Below, in pieces: positions 46,249 through 57,050 of a stretch of DNA of 64,000 nucleotides (its first letter is position 1; each line of letters opens with the position of its first letter). The notes below the pieces were generated by a model that did not search any database, was not told where the DNA came from, and was given only the letters and a program-made list of their open reading frames with translations. Source of the DNA: a virus; IMG/VR virus record IMGVR_UViG_3300047160_020067, positions 1 to 64,000 of that record; one strand, written 5' to 3'. The translations under genes and the position numbers were made by a program.

Positions 46249-47058
46249 TTACGTCCCTATTCCAAATCCTTCGATCCATACGTCATACATTCCTGCGCTA
46301 GCCTGGACTACATGCCCAATTCGACGGGAATTGGTGCCTGGTGCTGTTGAAATAGTTGCTGTGTCCGAAACATAGACGGAAGCTCCTACTGCAGGGCTAC
46401 CAGTCAGGCCGAAATATAGTCCCATCCAACGAGCATAAATTAGCGCACCATTTGCTGGAACCAATGACCCATCAATTCCAGAAACTACTATATACAAATA
46501 CTCGTCTACGTTGCCTGCGACATTAGCAGGTGCTTTTGTAAGCACGGGAACTGTTTCTTGACCCGGTAGACCAGTTTTGATTACCGCCGTTCCGCTGATA
46601 CGAAGAACATCACCTGGTACCAAACCGCCTACTCCAGCCTGACCGACAATTAGTCCAGGCTGTGCAATAGTATTATCCAAACGCGACCACATACGATTTG
46701 CTGCTTTTGCCCAGCCTTTCGTTGCGTCGTCTTGTGTAGTTTCGGTGGCGCCTGGTGCACGTTCACGGGTTTTAAGATAACGAATTCCAACAAGTTGCTG
46801 ATCGCGAACTTCAGTAGCCATGCTCTGATTTACGACTAAAAGAAGCTCATATGTCCCTTCTTTTTTAGGCGTAAACGTGGGATTCTGAATTGTCGACGAA
46901 CTAAGAGCATCTGCGGAACCTTCTGGTTGGTCAAGAATGAACCAGTTATAGGTTATCTCGCCGCCGGCATTCTGGTTGTCGAGCTGTACAATTGTATTGA
47001 TTGGCAGGTCATCGTTTGACCCGGCCACCCCGTTGATTTTAATTAGCGCCTGTGCCAC
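46249..47058 (-). CDS. PKD/Ig-domain structural protein
   Basis: YNW...QPEGS...NPTFTP..GTYELLLVV. Confidence 0.65.
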   Translation of the reverse strand: MAQALIKINGVAGSNDDLPINTIVQLDNQNAGGEITYNWFILDQPEGSADALSSSTIQNPTFTPKKEGTYELLLVVNQSMATEVRDQQLVGIRYLKTRERAPGATETTQDDATKGWAKAANRMWSRLDNTIAQPGLIVGQAGVGGLVPGDVLRISGTAVIKTGLPGQETVPVLTKAPANVAGNVDEYLYIVVSGIDGSLVPANGALIYARWMGLYFGLTGSPAVGASVYVSDTATISTAPGTNSRRIGHVVQASAGMYDVWIEGFGIGT

Positions 47059-47061
47059 GAG

Positions 47062-48267
47062 CTAATAGCCCCAAGTTGCTTCATAACCGACAATAACGTT
47101 AGCCGTTCCGTCGGTGAAGAATGCAGATCCAGTAACCGCGTTGACGCCAATAATGGCGCACGGCTGACCAATTCCTACATTGATTCCTTGTCCAGCCAAA
47201 GCTGACTGGAACGTAGAATTAATAGTATTAGGCCCGCTCACAATGTGAGTAAAATTAAGCGCGTTTGAAACGCCGGGACCGGCACCTGTAGTAACGAATG
47301 CATTGTGTACAAGATTTCCAGTTGGCGGGTCGTACGTATTTACAGAGGCCGCACCAAGCAAATCTCCAGCAATCAGTACGACAAAAAACGAAAGAGTATT
47401 GATAACCGGAGTATTTTTAAACCCGATAAATACTCCAGGCGGTGCAACGACTCGTGATAGAGCAATAACTCCGGTTGAGGCGGTATATGTAAACAGGGCG
47501 CTTGCTCTGTTTACATTACCAGGAAACAGCAGCGGCCGAAAATCAGAAATCAATGATCCGGTGATGCTAACAGTTGCAGCCGGAACAAAAATTTCTGCAA
47601 TTTTAATGTAACCAGGAGATGTAGCCGGAACGTTTGCTGGATTATATGAAGTAGTAGCGAAAACGGTTCCCTGTTTATAACTCAAACCGGCAGTTGAATT
47701 GGTTGGAGCTACAACACTACCTGTATGAGAATCGAGAGCAAATTCTAGTGTCTTATCAACCGTTGACGGGGAAAAAATCCCAGTACCGGTATTCAATACG
47801 TCTCGTGAAAGCGGGTTTGTTAGCACACGAGAAGCCGTCACTTCGATGATGTCGATACGCGAATTGCCGGCTGCCGGTGCAGCTGGAACCGTAAACGTAA
47901 AATCAGACAAAAGCGGCAAGGGCTTGTATCGATCAAGGTCATCTAGCCCCAGCACCGTTCCGACTGAAGAGAGGATAGCTGCCGATCCATCGACTAGGGT
48001 TCCAGCGGCAACATCTTGAAAGCCAAGCCCAGACTTTACAACGACAGTCATGGCCGGAATGCCGCTTGGCGATACCATTAGTCCGCCACCGAGAAACCCA
48101 GACTTTTGTTGGATCCCTGGATTCGTAGACCCTATGCGCCCAGCCAGAATGTGCTGGGCGTAAAACCGTAGTGCACGGTCAAGTTGTGATTCAGCCTGGT
48201 TGATATCCGAACTTAAAGGCCGCTCCCTGGGATTTATAACTGTTCTATCAAAGGGGTTATTGGCCAT
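47062..48267 (-). CDS. Tail fibre base / baseplate-attached protein
   Basis: Follows the wedge genes; NSRIDII and IKIAEIFVPA motifs. Confidence 0.6.
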   Translation of the reverse strand: MANNPFDRTVINPRERPLSSDINQAESQLDRALRFYAQHILAGRIGSTNPGIQQKSGFLGGGLMVSPSGIPAMTVVVKSGLGFQDVAAGTLVDGSAAILSSVGTVLGLDDLDRYKPLPLLSDFTFTVPAAPAAGNSRIDIIEVTASRVLTNPLSRDVLNTGTGIFSPSTVDKTLEFALDSHTGSVVAPTNSTAGLSYKQGTVFATTSYNPANVPATSPGYIKIAEIFVPAATVSITGSLISDFRPLLFPGNVNRASALFTYTASTGVIALSRVVAPPGVFIGFKNTPVINTLSFFVVLIAGDLLGAASVNTYDPPTGNLVHNAFVTTGAGPGVSNALNFTHIVSGPNTINSTFQSALAGQGINVGIGQPCAIIGVNAVTGSAFFTDGTANVIVGYEATWGY

Positions 48268-48270
48268 CTC

Positions 48271-49500
48271 TTATTCTCCCTGCCGTTCAATAATAGCGGC
48301 TACTCCAGCCGGCTTGATGCTCTGTAAGAGGTCGAAAAGACCGCGGTTTACGGCCGCCGCGCCAAAATCAAAGCCATCATAACTACCCTGCAATATAGCA
48401 GGGTTTAGGGCGCTCGTCACGTCATAGGCATTTACAGCGCGTTGTCCATTTACGGTTCCCGGTATTAGCAAATCTTGTGGGGTAAGCGCCGTATCGTCAT
48501 AGGCCATACCGATATCGTGCAATGTAAATAAAGGTAAAACGACGATAAAGGCGCCGCGTGCTTCCGTTTCATCGAGCCAGCGATTTCTAAATGGAACGAT
48601 TGGCCTAGGGTCGTCGTAGCAAAACAAATTTGGGTCAAAGGTCCCAGAACCTGGTGTTGCTACCTGAACTAGACTAACCTGATTCGCATCCCAACAAGTT
48701 TGATAGCGCAACTCGAATGTTTCGATGAAGTCAAACGTTGGGTTGATTAAAACTTGCTTAAGATATGCTAGTATACTTCGTTTCATCGCATCGGGACTAA
48801 CCGTATCTGGCAATGTTCTGATACGAAATTTGTACTGATCGTCAGTTTCTCCGTCGTGCCGAATTAAGCCTCTATCATCTCCTAGACCATCTAACATAGG
48901 AGCCTGCCCACCATCCGCGAATGCAATTTGTTCTACGCGAATTGTGGGATCTCCAAATGGTGGATCAGTGTCCAACGATACGATTGTGTCGATTTCGCCT
49001 GGCAGTATTTCGCCATTCGCCGCAGTAACTTGTCCGGGAACATTCCACTGCCATCCCGAAGCTACAGCCTCTGCAGGAACATCAACAAAGAGGTCGTTAC
49101 TGCCACCAAATGTTAAAATAGCATCTCGAGATGTGACGAAACGCCGGTCTCCTTTACTGGTCGTAATAACGGTGCCTGTTTTAACCGTAACTTGACCAGC
49201 AAGAGCCGAACTTCGAGTAAATCTAACGATTACCGTTGCTTTGCGGCCGCCGAAAGAGGTTAAGATATATGCGCCACATGCAAGGTGCTCAACGGCAGTA
49301 GAGGCACGCACCAATACTTGTGCGTACGCTTGAAGCATTTCGTAACCCGGGCCCGCGCCGCTTTTAATGGGGTCGAGCCAGCTTGGTGACGTTACGCGAG
49401 CAAATAGGTCAAGAATTTCGTCTTGGGTAAGCGCAGTAATGGCACAGTTCTCGTTAGTTCCAAAAGGAAACGCTAAAGGTGTGCCTAGAGTGCCAGACAT
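48271..49500 (-). CDS. Baseplate wedge protein (J/I-like)
   Basis: GETDDQYKFR and C-terminal LQSIKPAGV. Confidence 0.7.
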   Translation of the reverse strand: MSGTLGTPLAFPFGTNENCAITALTQDEILDLFARVTSPSWLDPIKSGAGPGYEMLQAYAQVLVRASTAVEHLACGAYILTSFGGRKATVIVRFTRSSALAGQVTVKTGTVITTSKGDRRFVTSRDAILTFGGSNDLFVDVPAEAVASGWQWNVPGQVTAANGEILPGEIDTIVSLDTDPPFGDPTIRVEQIAFADGGQAPMLDGLGDDRGLIRHDGETDDQYKFRIRTLPDTVSPDAMKRSILAYLKQVLINPTFDFIETFELRYQTCWDANQVSLVQVATPGSGTFDPNLFCYDDPRPIVPFRNRWLDETEARGAFIVVLPLFTLHDIGMAYDDTALTPQDLLIPGTVNGQRAVNAYDVTSALNPAILQGSYDGFDFGAAAVNRGLFDLLQSIKPAGVAAIIERQGE

Positions 49501-49503
49501 GGC

Positions 49504-49869
49504 CTAATCTAGCCTATCCTTTGCGTCAACAATGGCGCAAGCTAGTGGCAAAAGTTGGTATGCTACCGACGGATGAACCCCGTATCCCGGAATGACCTGT
49601 ACGCCTTGTTTAGTTGCGCTCAATTGCTTTGGGCTTTCTACAGCGCTTTTCAATAGACGCCAATCTTCCTCTGCCAGGGCAAGAATTTTCTCACCTGCAT
49701 CAACAGCGCGCATAATCGCAGCTTGTGCACGGACATTACTAAAACTTTCACCCCACATCGGATTGTTCATTAGGTTGGTTACGAAATCTCGAAATGAAAC
49801 CTCAACGCCTTCGCCGCCGCTGCTTTTAAGCGTTACCGATTCTGGAACTACAACAAATCGTTGCGGCAT
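49504..49869 (-). CDS. Possible tail fibre chaperone
   Basis: Small helical ORF directly after the fibre gene. Confidence 0.45.
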   Translation of the reverse strand: MPQRFVVVPESVTLKSSGGEGVEVSFRDFVTNLMNNPMWGESFSNVRAQAAIMRAVDAGEKILALAEEDWRLLKSAVESPKQLSATKQGVQVIPGYGVHPSVAYQLLPLACAIVDAKDRLD

Positions 49870-49880
49870 TTTATCTCTCC

Positions 49881-51182
49881 TTATGGGTTATACGCTGGGA
49901 CTACAAACGTTCCACCAGCGCTATCTCGTACCTTCAAATATTTTGCTGGTAACGCTGGTAGAGCAGATGCGCCACCGGCTGCACCCACCGTAGATTGTAT
50001 ATTTGAAGCATTATCCCATTTTGGAATCCCAACCCATTCCACGTCATCGCCAAAATGTACAAGTCCTGAACCTGTAAAGATGGCCCATGTATTTGAAACA
50101 CCAGGAATATTTACCCCACCGCTAAGATGATCTTCAATCTTTAGCCCATACAAATTTGTGATGTACGGCGAACCAAAATCGTGAATAACTGGTGTTTCTA
50201 CCCAAGCACTATATGCTGACGTAATAGCCGGTGCGCCGTTACCGTTGCTCGGCATTTGTAACTGTGCACGATATCCGACCATATTTGTGATTGTGTTCTG
50301 GTTGAACGCCGTAGGTTCAGCGTTACAGCCGGCTACTCGTATGTAAGTTCTGTCTAATCCGTTGGAAACCGGACGAGGGGCAGTATGAACACCATACAAA
50401 ATATCAGCTGACGATCCAGAGCCCATATTAAAATCCGGCCGCGAAAAAACACCGTACATTGCCAATGCTGAATCGCCAGTACCAGCATCTGTGCGACCAC
50501 CAGTAAATAAAGCATAAACATGGCAGTTTGCTAAAGCATTATTGATTGTCGTGTCAAACGATAAATCCATCCCCGCATATTCGTCACCGTTGCCTGCTAG
50601 TGTACGCAAAGAGCCAACAGCACATCCAGTAAATGCTTGTTCAGAAGGGAACCCCCCATCAAACGCATTTCCAATCACCGTAAGATCGGCCAGGGTACGT
50701 AGATATGTAGTACCGCTGTCGGCTTGCACTGCGAACAAAGTATCACCAATAGGCGCTACATTGTCTTGAATAACGATACCCAGCTTCGTTGGATCAAGAA
50801 CTATAAGCTGCGGGCCGGCACCGCCTGCATTATATGCAGCTTGTAGCGTACCACCGCCCCCGCCGCCGCCAACGACGCTATCTGAACCGTTTGTGTGTAT
50901 GTGCAGACTATGATCGCTCTGCTTAATCCAAATGTATCCTGGTTGTCCGATACCGCCTAAACCCGAGGGCGCAGGATCAGCGGCCTGTTCGGTCATTGCT
51001 AGCCATTTGCCCCCTCGAATCCAATTGCGCACGTCGAGTAAGGATTGCCCATATGTGTTCCAATCAACGTCTTGAACACCATTGGCGGCAGGCACTAATA
51101 GCGGGCTTAGGTTTGTTTTTGGAAATACGGAACCGGATATCGAACCAAACGGTGTACTTCCGTCTTCAATAAAATTAGGCAT
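49881..51182 (-). CDS. Tail fibre / spike protein
   Basis: Poly-Gly hinge, TLQAAYN motif, beta-rich body. Confidence 0.65.
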   Translation of the reverse strand: MPNFIEDGSTPFGSISGSVFPKTNLSPLLVPAANGVQDVDWNTYGQSLLDVRNWIRGGKWLAMTEQAADPAPSGLGGIGQPGYIWIKQSDHSLHIHTNGSDSVVGGGGGGGTLQAAYNAGGAGPQLIVLDPTKLGIVIQDNVAPIGDTLFAVQADSGTTYLRTLADLTVIGNAFDGGFPSEQAFTGCAVGSLRTLAGNGDEYAGMDLSFDTTINNALANCHVYALFTGGRTDAGTGDSALAMYGVFSRPDFNMGSGSSADILYGVHTAPRPVSNGLDRTYIRVAGCNAEPTAFNQNTITNMVGYRAQLQMPSNGNGAPAITSAYSAWVETPVIHDFGSPYITNLYGLKIEDHLSGGVNIPGVSNTWAIFTGSGLVHFGDDVEWVGIPKWDNASNIQSTVGAAGGASALPALPAKYLKVRDSAGGTFVVPAYNP

Positions 51183-51186
51183 TTAC

Positions 51187-52395
51187 CTAAACCTCCGTGA
51201 ATGCGTCTGGATTCGACGTTAGCGCCAAAGGCGTTCCTGTCTGACTCGAGATAGCAACAACTAGTGATAGAGATGTTCTCAAAACCTGAAGTGGTCTAGT
51301 CGTTACGTTACCAGGAGGACTAGCAACCTCATTACCTGTGATAAACAGACCGCCAATTGTTCGCAACGCGTTTACGGCATTTTGACGTATGAACGGCGCG
51401 CCAGGACTAAGGGAATTGACGTAACTGACTACGATAGAACGCGCCTCTTCGGCGGTCGCATCAGCATCCGCCCCGGCTTGAAATGTAAGAACAAGTTGAA
51501 TCGGTTGAAGAACCACCTGTGCGACCTCTACTTGAACAAAAATCCCAGCAGGACGAACATCAGACAGGCCATTAAACACCGCCAGCGCCAACTGCTTAGA
51601 TTGCGCATCATACGTCGGCGGAATTACTGCTAATTTAGCTAGTGCATCTGTATATGGATCGCTAACTACTAGCAGTACAAACCTTGCAGGACGCCCCAAA
51701 GCATCGATGACCTCAAATGCGGTTGCTGTTCTAACGCCTTGTACCGCAAGCGCTCCTGCTTCAATAGCAGCAATGGTGCCGCGACGCGCCGTAGTGAAAA
51801 ATGCCCGAGCGCGCGCGCGTAGGCTGTCGTCAGACTCGTCATCATCCGCGCCAGAGGTAGCAACAGTATTAGTTACAACGAGACTATTTGGCGCGCCAGA
51901 AATTGAATTGATAATACTGATAATCGTTCCAACTGCTGCTTGCTGTGCCTTGCCTGCAAGAACACTTCGAATAGGGACAAGCACCGGTCCAAGTGTGTTA
52001 ATTGGAAATTGCACTTGTTGCGTCGTAATGTATTGAATCCCATCTGTCGACGCCAACAACGTTCCAGAGGGGATTATAAATGCTGCAACCGTTGGGGTAG
52101 ATACACTAAATGCTACCGAACCGAGTGCCGGTGACGCGGATTTACGAACCAGCCCATACCGATCAAATACAATACGGTCTAACGCTTGACCTTCGGCCGA
52201 GTCTAGAAATAATCCGGCTTCCACGTCAACGAGTTGATCTATTACTTGTTCAGCTGCGGTTGCTGATAACGCGTTTAGGATATTTGCATCTGTACCCTCC
52301 CGCTCAATGACTTCGCGAGTGAGTTTACCTTGACGAATAAGGGCTTCATCGCGCCCGGCTCGGAAGAGATCATCGAATGTAGGAAAATCAGACAT
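51187..52395 (-). CDS. Baseplate J-like protein
   Basis: FLDSAEGQALD, GADDESDDSLRAR, RRGT, VRPAG. Confidence 0.88.
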   Translation of the reverse strand: MSDFPTFDDLFRAGRDEALIRQGKLTREVIEREGTDANILNALSATAAEQVIDQLVDVEAGLFLDSAEGQALDRIVFDRYGLVRKSASPALGSVAFSVSTPTVAAFIIPSGTLLASTDGIQYITTQQVQFPINTLGPVLVPIRSVLAGKAQQAAVGTIISIINSISGAPNSLVVTNTVATSGADDDESDDSLRARARAFFTTARRGTIAAIEAGALAVQGVRTATAFEVIDALGRPARFVLLVVSDPYTDALAKLAVIPPTYDAQSKQLALAVFNGLSDVRPAGIFVQVEVAQVVLQPIQLVLTFQAGADADATAEEARSIVVSYVNSLSPGAPFIRQNAVNALRTIGGLFITGNEVASPPGNVTTRPLQVLRTSLSLVVAISSQTGTPLALTSNPDAFTEV

Positions 52396-52406
52396 TTTTC
52401 TCCACT

Positions 52407-53240
52407 TTACAGCATTACTACTGCGTCTTGATTAACTCGGAACGGCATATTGATATCTTGTCCTGTAGTCTTTAGCCGTGCGCGAATGATAACTGTTATG
52501 ATATGATTGACAGCGTCGACTGACACCGTCACGCTGGCAACATCAACTTCCGGTTCTTTGAGAACCTGATCCTTGATAACTTTTTCTAATCTAGAAACAT
52601 TGGTCTGCGGCATAGGTTCTTTCACTGCGAGACCAACGCCATAGTCAGGTAAGTGACTAAATTCGCCGGGGCGAGTAATCAGCCGCCGTAGAATTAACTT
52701 TTTTAAAAGATCTGTACCTTCAACCGTTGCGTAATCCCTGCCTATAATTTGAAGTGTTCCGCCTAGCTGTGTACCTGTCATAGCCGGCGGATTCGCTAAA
52801 TCGCGAATTGCGGCACGCTTAGAGGAAACAATACGGTCAATCTGGTCCTCAAAAGCCTGAATCCCTAGAAATGTGGCCGTACTTCCGGAAAAAGTAATTG
52901 GTTCTCCGGTTGCGGTCACTACTGCGGAAGTGCTTATTTGGTAGGTAACAGATTTATCTGCTAGTTTTTCGAGCAGGAAAATGTCAAACGTAAAGGGTAA
53001 ATTATATGGCTCTACAGTTAGTACTGTAGACATTACATTTGTGTCTAGTCGCTTAACCGCCCATAGTGCAGGATTTAGAACGTCACCGGGGCCCGTCGAC
53101 GATTCGTGCAGTGGTTCGATATTGAATGTAACCCGGACGACACGAATACCCGCCGCAAATGCATTGGTAATTGCGAAACCCGACGCTTCTGCGCCGTAGG
53201 CATTGGTTCCGTATTTATCGTGGCCGTATCCTAGACTCAT
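52407..53240 (-). CDS. Baseplate wedge protein with C-terminal gp25/gpW-like domain
   Basis: ILRRLITRPGEFSHLPDYGVGL...EPEV. Confidence 0.75.
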   Translation of the reverse strand: MSLGYGHDKYGTNAYGAEASGFAITNAFAAGIRVVRVTFNIEPLHESSTGPGDVLNPALWAVKRLDTNVMSTVLTVEPYNLPFTFDIFLLEKLADKSVTYQISTSAVVTATGEPITFSGSTATFLGIQAFEDQIDRIVSSKRAAIRDLANPPAMTGTQLGGTLQIIGRDYATVEGTDLLKKLILRRLITRPGEFSHLPDYGVGLAVKEPMPQTNVSRLEKVIKDQVLKEPEVDVASVTVSVDAVNHIITVIIRARLKTTGQDINMPFRVNQDAVVML

Positions 53241-53241
53241 G

Positions 53242-53448
53242 TTATTGGATCACCGGTGCCGCTTTCACAATAACTACCGTACCGCCTTGTGGGTCCGGAA
53301 CGGCGAATGAACTGATATCTGCGTGCCCCTGAACCTCAGTAATTATAGCTTGTGCAAAACGCGTAAATACGTCCAAACGATTCTGCTTATCCGGTGCCGA
53401 ATCAATCGCTGCCTTTAGAGCTGCTCCTAATCTGTTAGCATCTAGCAT
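53242..53448 (-). CDS. Small baseplate-associated protein
   Basis: Lies between the spike and wedge genes. Confidence 0.6.
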   Translation of the reverse strand: MLDANRLGAALKAAIDSAPDKQNRLDVFTRFAQAIITEVQGHADISSFAVPDPQGGTVVIVKAAPVIQ

Positions 53449-53454
53449 ATTTGC

Positions 53455-54030
53455 CTACTTTTTAGCCTTCACAACGCTTGATGTGTTTCCCAGGGCCGTA
53501 TATGAAATCCCTGTGAACGGGTCAATACCAGAACCATGAACTACGCCATCGTTTGGCCCTAAGCCCTCCTGCCCGAGTTCAACCCCTTGACCATTCTTAT
53601 CGATAACTACCTTACCACCATTTTCTACAACAATTCTGATGGTTTGTCCAGCCTTTACGTGTATAACCGGATCATTTGGGTTACTTTGTGCCTCCGCTGG
53701 CGTTGGGTCGGATTTAGACCATAGCCTAGCGACTATAACTCCACCCTCATTTGTTTGCCCTTGCGGGTACGCGATAAGAACTTCGTCGTCGATTTCGACA
53801 GGCATCCAATTACCGAAATTAGGCCCGGCGTAACCTCCAGGAACTCGAACTGTATCAGGTTGCTCGCTGGGTAACAACGTAACATCAGCAAAGGCGCCAC
53901 CAGGCTCGACTTTGACTGCGGATACGATCCCTAACGAAAGCCAAACCCGTGGGTCAATGCCGGGCTTAGACACAGCATCACCTAATCTATTGGTGTCTAG
54001 CAATCCCGTTACGCGACTGCGCGGTAGCAT
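53455..54030 (-). CDS. Baseplate spike (gpV/gp5 OB-fold)
   Basis: G.W.P.EIDDEVLIAYPQG....GVIVARLW. Confidence 0.8.
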   Translation of the reverse strand: MLPRSRVTGLLDTNRLGDAVSKPGIDPRVWLSLGIVSAVKVEPGGAFADVTLLPSEQPDTVRVPGGYAGPNFGNWMPVEIDDEVLIAYPQGQTNEGGVIVARLWSKSDPTPAEAQSNPNDPVIHVKAGQTIRIVVENGGKVVIDKNGQGVELGQEGLGPNDGVVHGSGIDPFTGISYTALGNTSSVVKAKK

Positions 54031-55824
54031 TTATTTCCTCCCCACGCTAGCAACCTCACGTTTTGGCCGTTTGGTAATCGGAACTTGAAAGCACGGTTCA
54101 AGATTACGCGCCTCAACGTAATTTTGATAATCAAACGCTAGAGATAGCCCGCTCGTGCCCCAAGTGAACCGTACATTGGCAACCCTAAAGAACCGCTGCA
54201 ACTCAGTAGCTCTGCTAGTCGCAAGAATAGCACGAGCCAGTTTCTCGTCTCCTACGCGCTCTTTGACCTTTTTGACGGCGGATTCAAAATCGAGGCGATT
54301 CAAATCGGTAAACTCGTTTATGAGCGGTAAAATTGAAGTAATTGGCCGCACATCTGGGATTAGTTCAACAGTATCACCTGGTCGCAGACGCACAAGGTCT
54401 GGATCTTGATTGTCCCCCCCGAACGACGCTAGGTTTTCTGTCTCAACGGACCCGCCCATTTCCCCCCGCCCGATTTCTTCGTAAACGTCCTTAGCTATGC
54501 GGCGTAGGACATTTATATCGTTAATACCGTGTATCGGTATTTTCAAAACATCGGCCTCTGCGTGTGTGCCAGATGACGCAACATGCGTTTTTTTAGCCGC
54601 CGTTACCTTTTTTGTTCCATCACAATCTATATCCGTTGGCCAATCAGCGATTAGCAGTTTCTGTTTGCCTCGATTGGGATTAGAAGTATCCATACATACA
54701 GCGCGTACCGTTTTCGGTACGAAGCCGACATATTTACGCTCAAATTTAAGAGTTTTTATATCCCGCCCGTATACAAGTTTTCGAACCTTCCAATCATTAG
54801 GTATGTTATCGTCGTGTCGAGCCAAACCATTCTTAAATGGGGACTTCAGGTTGGACTCGCCATTATTATTGTGTACTTTTGTAAACAAAGACCGTGCGGG
54901 TCGAACACGCAGCTTGTTTACGTGAAAATATGGAATTGCCCCAACCAGAAAACAATAGTTAGTAATGAGATCCCAATAATTGAGGTTTCCAGCCCCAGCC
55001 GGCATCAGAGATGGACTTCGCCCATTGGCGCCAAGGTTTACTCTAGTGATACCAGACGCAGTAGCTGGGCTTGGAATTACCTGGCCCTCCCAGTCTTCTT
55101 CTAACGCCTCTACAACGAATCGATCTCCAAACGGATGCCGGGAAAGAATTTGCTTAATGACTTTATCGATCGATTTGGTTAGATCCAAATTAGCCATAAG
55201 CCGAAGATTTGTGACTTTGCTGTCTAGCAAAATTCCACGCAAATCCCGACCAGTGATTCGAATCGTGCTCATACTTCCTGAAAGTTCTGAGCACGCATCG
55301 TCGACGATTCCGACTAGAACAGTGTTGTCGTCAGTTGGATCCAACATTGAACGTCGTCGGGCGCTACCAGTTGTGTTGGTCCGATTTCCAATTTGTTGAA
55401 AGTTATTTGGCGATATTCGTTGTCGCATGCCAGCCGCAAATTCAGATGATTCAACCGCGTCAAGGTGTATTCTCACGCTTGCGGCACGTATTAGACGGGG
55501 ATCGATAGGCAAGTCTTGATATTCGAAAGTCATATCGAACCGCCAAGCCTGGCGGTAGCCTGTCAATTCGACGTTCATTGTTTGTGGAATCCTACCTACA
55601 ACAAACGAAAGATTGTCAGATTGGCCTCCAATAATAGATGGAACATTTGCCGCCTTAGTGGCTGCAACGGTCGCCGTATTAGGCTTGTCTGATAGGTCAT
55701 CAGACGATTGTGCGTTAGGGCCAAAAACAGAAGTCAATGCCTCATCGAAGCGCAGCGTAAAATTGACGAGTGCGCTTGGATAATATACAGGCGGAAACGG
55801 TTTTTGGACGCTACCAACCGGCAT
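54031..55824 (-). CDS. Baseplate hub protein
   Basis: ITGRDLRGILLDS, LRPGDTV; synteny. Confidence 0.7.
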   Translation of the reverse strand: MPVGSVQKPFPPVYYPSALVNFTLRFDEALTSVFGPNAQSSDDLSDKPNTATVAATKAANVPSIIGGQSDNLSFVVGRIPQTMNVELTGYRQAWRFDMTFEYQDLPIDPRLIRAASVRIHLDAVESSEFAAGMRQRISPNNFQQIGNRTNTTGSARRRSMLDPTDDNTVLVGIVDDACSELSGSMSTIRITGRDLRGILLDSKVTNLRLMANLDLTKSIDKVIKQILSRHPFGDRFVVEALEEDWEGQVIPSPATASGITRVNLGANGRSPSLMPAGAGNLNYWDLITNYCFLVGAIPYFHVNKLRVRPARSLFTKVHNNNGESNLKSPFKNGLARHDDNIPNDWKVRKLVYGRDIKTLKFERKYVGFVPKTVRAVCMDTSNPNRGKQKLLIADWPTDIDCDGTKKVTAAKKTHVASSGTHAEADVLKIPIHGINDINVLRRIAKDVYEEIGRGEMGGSVETENLASFGGDNQDPDLVRLRPGDTVELIPDVRPITSILPLINEFTDLNRLDFESAVKKVKERVGDEKLARAILATSRATELQRFFRVANVRFTWGTSGLSLAFDYQNYVEARNLEPCFQVPITKRPKREVASVGRK

Positions 55825-57050
55825 TATACCGCTCCCGTTTCTATAGCCTTAGCTGGTTGTGGTTGAAGCGGAGGTCCTTGTGTTGCCGTCGTAATTCGTA
55901 GCCGCGGTACAAGAACAAATTGACCTGTTGTCAGAGTAGAACCACGAATGTTGTTGTAACGAGCTATACGCTGCCATTCGTGCGGGGTACCGTAATAGCG
56001 TGTCGAAACATCGCGCAGATCGATTTCGGCTCGTGCTGTGAAGACAGCAATCAAATCAGGCAGGATTGATTTCGCTGCAATTTGTTGCTGTGAAATTGCC
56101 TCTACTTGAGTGTTACGAAGGGAGCGACGCATACGCCTGGATTGTTTATCGGTAGTAAGGCGCTGTCCCAATCTTAATGAATCCGCATCAGGCAGAGAAG
56201 CCCCTGGACCAACATCGCCAGGAAAGCTAGCTATAATACCCCACGAAACCCTGGCGTCAATTGTATCAATCGAATCCTGAGCATCGCCGCGAATACGATT
56301 ATATGTAGCCACTAGACGCAATGCCGAAACGGCCGGATCTAGAATAGCCCCAGCGGTATTATCGATTGTTGCAAAGGCGTCTTGAATAGTAGAATTCAGC
56401 TTATTAATCTTGGCGTTCAACGATGCACTGAAGTCTGACAGTGTTACCACCAAAGTAGCTCGTGCATTGTTGATATCAGTAAGCACCTGTTGCAGATTTG
56501 AAAATGCATCAGCAAGGTTGCTTACCGCCGGAAGAGACGTTTGTTGGTTACGCGGATCCTCAATTGAGACCCACGAAAACTTGATCTCCCAACTGACATC
56601 CTGCTCGCGTTCCCACTCACGCGTAAACTGTTCGATAAAGCCGTGACGGGTTTCTGGCCCCCACGTAACTTCTAGCAATTGTCCTTTGCGGCGAAAATCG
56701 TCAACAGTTTCAACTACATCAGTTGCTGATGTCAACGCTTGCGACGCTCCGTTACTGTCCGTCAACAGCACTTGCGCATCAGGCTTCGCAACAAAGAATC
56801 CGCTGGTTGTGACGTTTCCAAGGAATCGGTTTTTCCACATCCCGTGGATAGTCGTGTCATCCTCTTGCGAGCCGAGAACTTGAACCGTAGCTACGGGACT
56901 ACCTGGATACCATGTCTTGACCAGTCTTTGCGTACCAGAGAAGGAAATAGGCCTATATGGTAGGGCTCGACCGATTAATTCCAGCGTGCGCGAATCGCCG
57001 CTTAATTCACGAATTTTGAAACTACCGGCAGTTCCAGCAATTTCCGGCAT
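55824..57050 (-). CDS. Tail tube initiator-like protein with C-terminal LysM-like domain
   Basis: LRDVSTRYYGTPHEWQRIARYNNI...GQFVLVP; follows the tape measure gene. Confidence 0.7.
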   Translation of the reverse strand: MPEIAGTAGSFKIRELSGDSRTLELIGRALPYRPISFSGTQRLVKTWYPGSPVATVQVLGSQEDDTTIHGMWKNRFLGNVTTSGFFVAKPDAQVLLTDSNGASQALTSATDVVETVDDFRRKGQLLEVTWGPETRHGFIEQFTREWEREQDVSWEIKFSWVSIEDPRNQQTSLPAVSNLADAFSNLQQVLTDINNARATLVVTLSDFSASLNAKINKLNSTIQDAFATIDNTAGAILDPAVSALRLVATYNRIRGDAQDSIDTIDARVSWGIIASFPGDVGPGASLPDADSLRLGQRLTTDKQSRRMRRSLRNTQVEAISQQQIAAKSILPDLIAVFTARAEIDLRDVSTRYYGTPHEWQRIARYNNIRGSTLTTGQFVLVPRLRITTATQGPPLQPQPAKAIETGAV